This document shows positions 35,355 to 39,378 of a stretch of DNA of 39,378 bases, one piece after another. The position numbers and the translations under genes are program-made. The notes below the pieces were generated by a model, which had not been told where the DNA came from, made no database searches, and worked only from the letters and a program-made list of their open reading frames with translations. Every line of letters begins with the position of its first letter. Position 1 is the first letter of the stretch. Origin of the DNA: Holosporaceae bacterium (GTDB lineage Bacteria; Pseudomonadota; Alphaproteobacteria; UBA3830); contig JAITAU010000064.1 in the NCBI GenBank assembly GCA_031283965.1, positions 1-39,378 of the forward strand. The letters are read 5' to 3'.

Positions 35355-36215
35355 CTACGACGATGTGTCGGATTTCCTGGCCTTGGTGGAGGATTCCAGC
35401 GAGCGGATGTATTTTTGGATCTTCAGGAAGGCGTTTTTTTCGATTTGGCGAACCCGTTCGGACGACAGACTCATCGACTCCGCTATCTCCCGCAGGCTCT
35501 TGATGGGGCTGTGAAGTCGATATTGGCAGACGATGGTATATTCCCTCGGAGACAGGGTGTTTAGAGCTTCATGCAGAGCTTTTTTCCGATATTCATACTC
35601 CTGTTTTTCGAGGACCTCAGCTTCGGGCGAGGCCTTCTGATCGGCCAACAAATCCTGCCAACTGTTGGTATCATCCTCCCCCACAGGAAAATTAGCAGAA
35701 AAATCCTTGCAGTTTAACCTGGTTTCCAAGACCAACACATCCTTACGGCTCACATTCATTTTGTCGGCGATGATTTGGGCTTTCTCCTCTGATAAATTCT
35801 CGAACCCCAGGATATTTTTGATTTTCCTGAGTCCGAAAAAGAGCTTCCGGTTGTTTTTACTTGCTCCCAGTTTGACGATGGACCAGGAGTTGTACACGAA
35901 ATCGCGGATTTTTGCCTTTATCCACCAAGCGGCGTAGGTGGAGAACCGGTAGCCGACGCTGGGATCGAAGTGCTGCAGTGCGCACATGACGCCAATGTTC
36001 CCCTCGGCCACGAGATCCGCTCTGGAAAGGCCGTAGCCGGAGTACCCCTTGGCGATTTTCAGCACCAACCGCAGGTGGCTGGTGACTATCTTCTCCAGAG
36101 CCCGAGCGTCGCCCTTTTCCTTCCACTTGGTCGCCAGCTCGAACTCCTCGTCTTCTTGAAGCATCGGAAACTTTTTGATCTTGGAGACGTAGGAACTCAG
36201 AGAGTCCTCATCCAT
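35355..36215 (-). CDS. rpoH: RNA polymerase sigma-32 factor RpoH
   Basis: Has HLRLVLKIAKGYSGYGL..ADLVAEGNIGVM.AL..FDP..GYRFSTYAAWWIKA.IRDFV..SWSIVKLGASKNNRKLFFGLRK (the RpoH box). Region 4 is REIAESMSLSSERVRQIEKNA. I prefer the start at MDEDSL (36215) over 36281. Confidence 0.9.
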   Translation of the reverse strand: MDEDSLSSYVSKIKKFPMLQEDEEFELATKWKEKGDARALEKIVTSHLRLVLKIAKGYSGYGLSRADLVAEGNIGVMCALQHFDPSVGYRFSTYAAWWIKAKIRDFVYNSWSIVKLGASKNNRKLFFGLRKIKNILGFENLSEEKAQIIADKMNVSRKDVLVLETRLNCKDFSANFPVGEDDTNSWQDLLADQKASPEAEVLEKQEYEYRKKALHEALNTLSPREYTIVCQYRLHSPIKSLREIAESMSLSSERVRQIEKNAFLKIQKYIRSLESSTKARKSDTSS

Positions 36216-36370
36216 CGAGCGACCGCTAAAAAATCCAACCACAACGACACCACAAAAAACACAGCTTCCAGAAGATGTCATGACCGGCCGAAAGAATCAA
36301 GCGGAAGAAGAGACCGTAGACTCTCCGACTGCTCGGCGGCTATTCCCAATAGTTCGGCGTTCGCAGTCGC

Positions 36371-36709
36371 TCATTCGAGCATCGGCGTGTCGGAGCAGCG
36401 GCAAGCGCTACGGCAGGTGCAGCGACTTTTCTTCTTCTTCCTCATTTGTAGATCTATTTTCTGGAGCGTTATGTCAAAGCTGACGTTGGGGTCGTCGCTG
36501 CCGTCGCTGGCGTGGTAGGCCTCGCCGGAGACAGTCCTGGTGGCGACGTCGCAGTGGAACAGATATCCGTCCCTCTTCATTACCACATTCGCCTCGATGA
36601 ATTCCGTTCCGAATTTGCTGCCTAGCTTCTCGCAGGCTTCCCGCGCGCGCTCCGTCAGAGCCTCGCCAATTTCCATATGACGACCGGAGAAAGAAAACTT
36701 CATGCTCAC
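36371..36709 (-). CDS. hpf: Ribosome hibernation/ribosome-associated inhibitor protein (HPF/RaiA family, short form)
   Basis: MKFSFSGRHMEIGEALTERAREACEKLGSKF...EANVVM.....F.CDV......G....A....DD...SFD..LQKIDLQMRK fits the sigma-54-modulation/HPF fold pattern. The start is more likely ATG 36703, given its spacing from GGTGAGG. Confidence 0.8.
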   Translation of the reverse strand: MSMKFSFSGRHMEIGEALTERAREACEKLGSKFGTEFIEANVVMKRDGYLFHCDVATRTVSGEAYHASDGSDDPNVSFDITLQKIDLQMRKKKKSRCTCRSACRCSDTPMLE

Positions 36710-36809
36710 CTCACCACAACTGCTCCGTCAGTATAGCGAAAATGCCATTTGAAAGCAGCGATCTGTTCGCCGCAAACAAAAAAATATACCGCCGGGCGAC
36801 TGTCCCATT

Positions 36810-37280
36810 TTACCTAGTAAGCCGACGCAGATCTTTGGAGTCCACATCGACTGACATTCTGCGGCCCGTTTCATCTATTTTCTCCGAAAGTTTTTCCATC
36901 ACCAGGTCGGAGAGCTTCCCCAGGAGGAGATCCTTCTGGCGCGCCAGCTCAGTCTCCAGCCGCGACTTCAGCTGGGATTCATATTTTTCCTGCAACAGTC
37001 GGAGTTGCCGCTGATGCTCCGCCTCCAGCCGCTCGATCTTGCTAATCGAGGCCCGCCGCGCCTCCTCCAACGCGCTTTCCATCTCCCGTTTGTGGGAGTG
37101 GGCCTCTTTGAGGGCCGACGTCGCCTCCTCCCTCAATAATTCCGCTTCATGGATCTCGTTTTCCACGGATTCGATATGTTTGTCCAGCGCCTTCGTGATA
37201 TTCGGATAGATTTTCCTCATAAAAATCCAGGAAAATCCGAGAAAAGATATGACCACAGACAATTCTGGGCTGAAATTCAT
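36810..37280 (-). CDS. atpF: ATP synthase F0 subunit b
   Basis: Has a single N-terminal TM helix followed by a long charged helix. It is the last gene of the a-c-b'-b cluster and overlaps b' by 4 nt. Confidence 0.85.
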   Translation of the reverse strand: MNFSPELSVVISFLGFSWIFMRKIYPNITKALDKHIESVENEIHEAELLREEATSALKEAHSHKREMESALEEARRASISKIERLEAEHQRQLRLLQEKYESQLKSRLETELARQKDLLLGKLSDLVMEKLSEKIDETGRRMSVDVDSKDLRRLTR

Positions 37281-37726
37281 GATTTTTCTCCGGTCGATGG
37301 GTAAATTTTGTTCAGAGCCGAGCTAACGACGAGGTCAATCTCGGCGGCCATCACCCCGAAGGTCTCGGCGGAGGATTTCGATAATTCCAGCTGTTCTTTG
37401 TGGTATTTATCCGCTGCCAGAGCGGCGGCGCGTTCCCTTTCCCGGGCCGTTTGCTCCGCCATGTCCGCCATCAACTTCGCCTCGACGGCGGCCGCCTCCG
37501 CCTGAACATGATCCAGCGCAGCCGAAGAATCGCTCCGAAGAGACTCGGCCTCCGCTTTTAATTTCTCGGCTCTCCCCCGGATATCGCCCACAAAGGTTGA
37601 CCTCTGTTCCATAATATCTCGAATTTTCGGAGCCACCACGACGTCGATGAAAAGGTAGGTGACGGAGAACCCCAGCAGGATCCAGAAAATCTGCGAAGGG
37701 AATGTGGCTACATCCAGCTGTGGCAA
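37277..37726 (-). CDS. atpF2: ATP synthase F0 subunit b'
   Basis: Begins MPQLDVATFPSQIFWILLGFSVTYLFI (the typical b' N-terminus), followed by a charged helix. It sits between c and b, the alphaproteobacterial arrangement. Confidence 0.85.
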   Translation of the reverse strand: MPQLDVATFPSQIFWILLGFSVTYLFIDVVVAPKIRDIMEQRSTFVGDIRGRAEKLKAEAESLRSDSSAALDHVQAEAAAVEAKLMADMAEQTARERERAAALAADKYHKEQLELSKSSAETFGVMAAEIDLVVSSALNKIYPSTGEKS

Positions 37727-37736
37727 GGATCACCGT

Positions 37737-37964
37737 CTAGTTTTTGAACAGAATCAACAGCGCCACCAGAAGAGCAAAAAGGGCGATGGACTCCGTCAAA
37801 GCAAAACCAAGAATGCCGGCGAATCTAATTTTATCCTCCGCCTCTGGGTTTCGGGCCACCGAACTCATCCAGGTGGAGAACAAATTCCCCATGCTAAGGC
37901 CAACGCCAAACAACGCAAAGACGGCGGCGGCGGCGCCGATCATACGAGCAGCTTCAGTGGACAT
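37737..37964 (-). CDS. atpE: ATP synthase F0 subunit c
   Basis: A 75-aa helical hairpin with ARNPEA in the loop and the carboxylate in GFALTESIALFALLVALLILF. Confidence 0.96.
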   Translation of the reverse strand: MSTEAARMIGAAAAVFALFGVGLSMGNLFSTWMSSVARNPEAEDKIRFAGILGFALTESIALFALLVALLILFKN

Positions 37965-37987
37965 AATCTCTTCCCCCGTAACAAAAA

Positions 37988-38710
37988 TCAGTGCAAATGT
38001 ACAGCATCATTCAGATATACACAAGTCAAAATCGTGAAGACATATGCCTGCAGTAGAGCGATCACGATCTCAAATCCCGTGAGAATGACGTTCACGGCGA
38101 TCGGGGCGACGCCCCCAAGACCCAGCATCACCGAGAAACCGGCGAACACCTTCATCATGGTATGTCCGGCCATCATGTTGGCGAAAAGTCGCACCGCCAG
38201 ACTGACGGGCCGGGAGAGATAGGAGATCATTTCCACCGGCGCCACCAGAGGTAATAGGAATTTTGGCAGCCCCTTGGGGGCAAATAGGGAGAAAAATCGG
38301 CGTCCATGGAGAACGATTCCCAACACCGTCACGAACAGAAACACCGCCATGGCCAGGGTGAAGGTCACGATGATGTGGCTGGTGAAGGTGAACATATAGG
38401 GGATCATCCCCAGCAAATTTCCGAACAAAACGAAGATAAAAACGGAGAAAACAAAGGGAAAATACCGCATGCCACTGTCGCCAACATTGGAGCGCACCAG
38501 TTGCGCCACCAGGTCGTGCAGCATCTCCACCAACGCCTGCCACCGGTCCGGCACCAACTTTTTGTCCTTGAGCCCCAGAAGGAGAAAGACTCCAATAGCA
38601 ACGACTGCCGCCAGGACTGAGAGAGCGGAATTGGTGAAGGACAGATCAACTCCTCCAACGTTGATCCTCCAGATGGGCGATATGACAAATTGATGCAGCG
38701 GATCTGACAT
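37988..38710 (-). CDS. atpB: ATP synthase F0 subunit a
   Basis: Begins MSDPLHQF.ISP, and has the conserved SLAVRLFANMMAGH and ALLQAYVFTILTCVYLNDA. Confidence 0.95.
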   Translation of the reverse strand: MSDPLHQFVISPIWRINVGGVDLSFTNSALSVLAAVVAIGVFLLLGLKDKKLVPDRWQALVEMLHDLVAQLVRSNVGDSGMRYFPFVFSVFIFVLFGNLLGMIPYMFTFTSHIIVTFTLAMAVFLFVTVLGIVLHGRRFFSLFAPKGLPKFLLPLVAPVEMISYLSRPVSLAVRLFANMMAGHTMMKVFAGFSVMLGLGGVAPIAVNVILTGFEIVIALLQAYVFTILTCVYLNDAVHLH

Positions 38711-38986
38711 TGGTTCCTACGGCGACTTATCAACGCCGTCATGCTAAACCAACGCCCCACCGAAATCAATGAGGATGCGATGCAGTCAACGGCGCCCAAA
38801 ACGCCTCGGCGGTATCTTATGGTTGAGAGTTGGCGTCGCCCCGATCTCATCGGGCTCCGCCACCGGGAGCTCGGCGGAGCGATCTAAAAGCTCCATTGAC
38901 TATCAATCTAGATTGCTCCGTCGTTTTGTTTAGTGTGATAACAAAAACCTGAGTTAACAGCAGCGCATAGAGGGCGGCAGCGTTTC

Positions 38987-39378
38987 TCACACAGCTTCAA
39001 TCTTTGCCAAGGTTTCCTTAGAAAAAGGAATTTCGTATATTCTAATAAGCTGCCCTCTCAGAATGACACGCGCGCGGTCTCCATCAATTTCAGCACATTG
39101 AATGATTATATCAATTAAATTGCGGCTGCTGCTGTTGTGAGTTGTTTCCAGAATACCAGCGACCCTCTTTGGATCAAGGTCATTCTCCAAGAAAAGTCTA
39201 TCTATCGTAGATAAAAGTATCCTTTCCAAAGTACGTCTAACGTAAAATCCTTCCGAAAAAACTCCTGCAATAAGGGATGGCTCAAACCACATACTAAGTG
39301 GGAGACAATACAGGTTCTTTTTAATAAGATAGACATAAAATGGGTCTTCTCTATTATCTTGTTTCCTAAGAAGAGCAA
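38987..39378 (-). CDS. Hypothetical protein, 5'-truncated by the window edge
   Basis: The frame of ORF 38987..39292 stays open upstream of its first ATG all the way to nt 39378. I translated ...ALLRKQDNREDPFYVYLIKKNLYCLPLSMWFEPS... with no stop. The segment is AT-rich, and I recognise no family. Confidence 0.45.
   Translation of the reverse strand, partial: ALLRKQDNREDPFYVYLIKKNLYCLPLSMWFEPSLIAGVFSEGFYVRRTLERILLSTIDRLFLENDLDPKRVAGILETTHNSSSRNLIDIIIQCAEIDGDRARVILRGQLIRIYEIPFSKETLAKIEAV

Overview
This 39,378-nt window reads as a gene-dense alphaproteobacterial chromosome. I infer a host-associated or intracellular lineage from several features. The F0 operon encodes both b and b' subunits, and there is a DUF1476/zeta ATPase-inhibitor gene. 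ProRS is the short form, rpmJ is a stand-alone 41-codon gene, an RpoH homologue and a HAAAP-type aromatic amino-acid permease are present, and many neighbouring genes overlap by a few nt. All protein calls come from reading the supplied translations by eye; no database was searched.

Gene order:
- 3' end of 23S rRNA, then 5S rRNA.
- An aberrant SucB-type E2 gene, then folB.
- An eight-gene Cpa/Tad pilus operon on the minus strand (cpaA-B-C-D-E-F-tadB-tadC, 12426 down to 3614).
- zeta-inhibitor homologue, enoyl-CoA hydratase and a GT2 glycosyltransferase.
- groES-groEL (minus).
- A 570-nt spacer carrying a 6 x 16-bp tandem array.
- A secreted repeat-rich coiled-coil protein and an aromatic amino-acid permease.
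- A low-GC segment with a membrane-anchored CgeB-like glycosyltransferase.
- proS, a Ser/Pro-rich secreted protein, rlmB and rne.
- amiC-mrcA.
- bamD-dut-mlaC-rpsA-rpmJ-rpoH-hpf (minus).
- atpB-E-F'-F (minus).
- An AT-rich ORF that runs off the 3' edge of the window.

No CRISPR array, transposase, integrase, tRNA or recognisable defence or toxin module was found.

Observations most worth follow-up:
1. An orphan E2 acyltransferase whose lipoyl domain lacks the lipoyl-lysine and whose E3-binding linker is replaced by about 400 residues of Glu/Lys coiled coil.
2. A signal-peptide-bearing coiled-coil protein with a near-identical internal duplication and 14-aa C-terminal repeats. A 16-bp tandem array with a related sequence lies just downstream of it.
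3. A Tad pilus machine with no pilin gene in cis and an unusually extended CpaB.
4. A low-GC glycosyltransferase insert.
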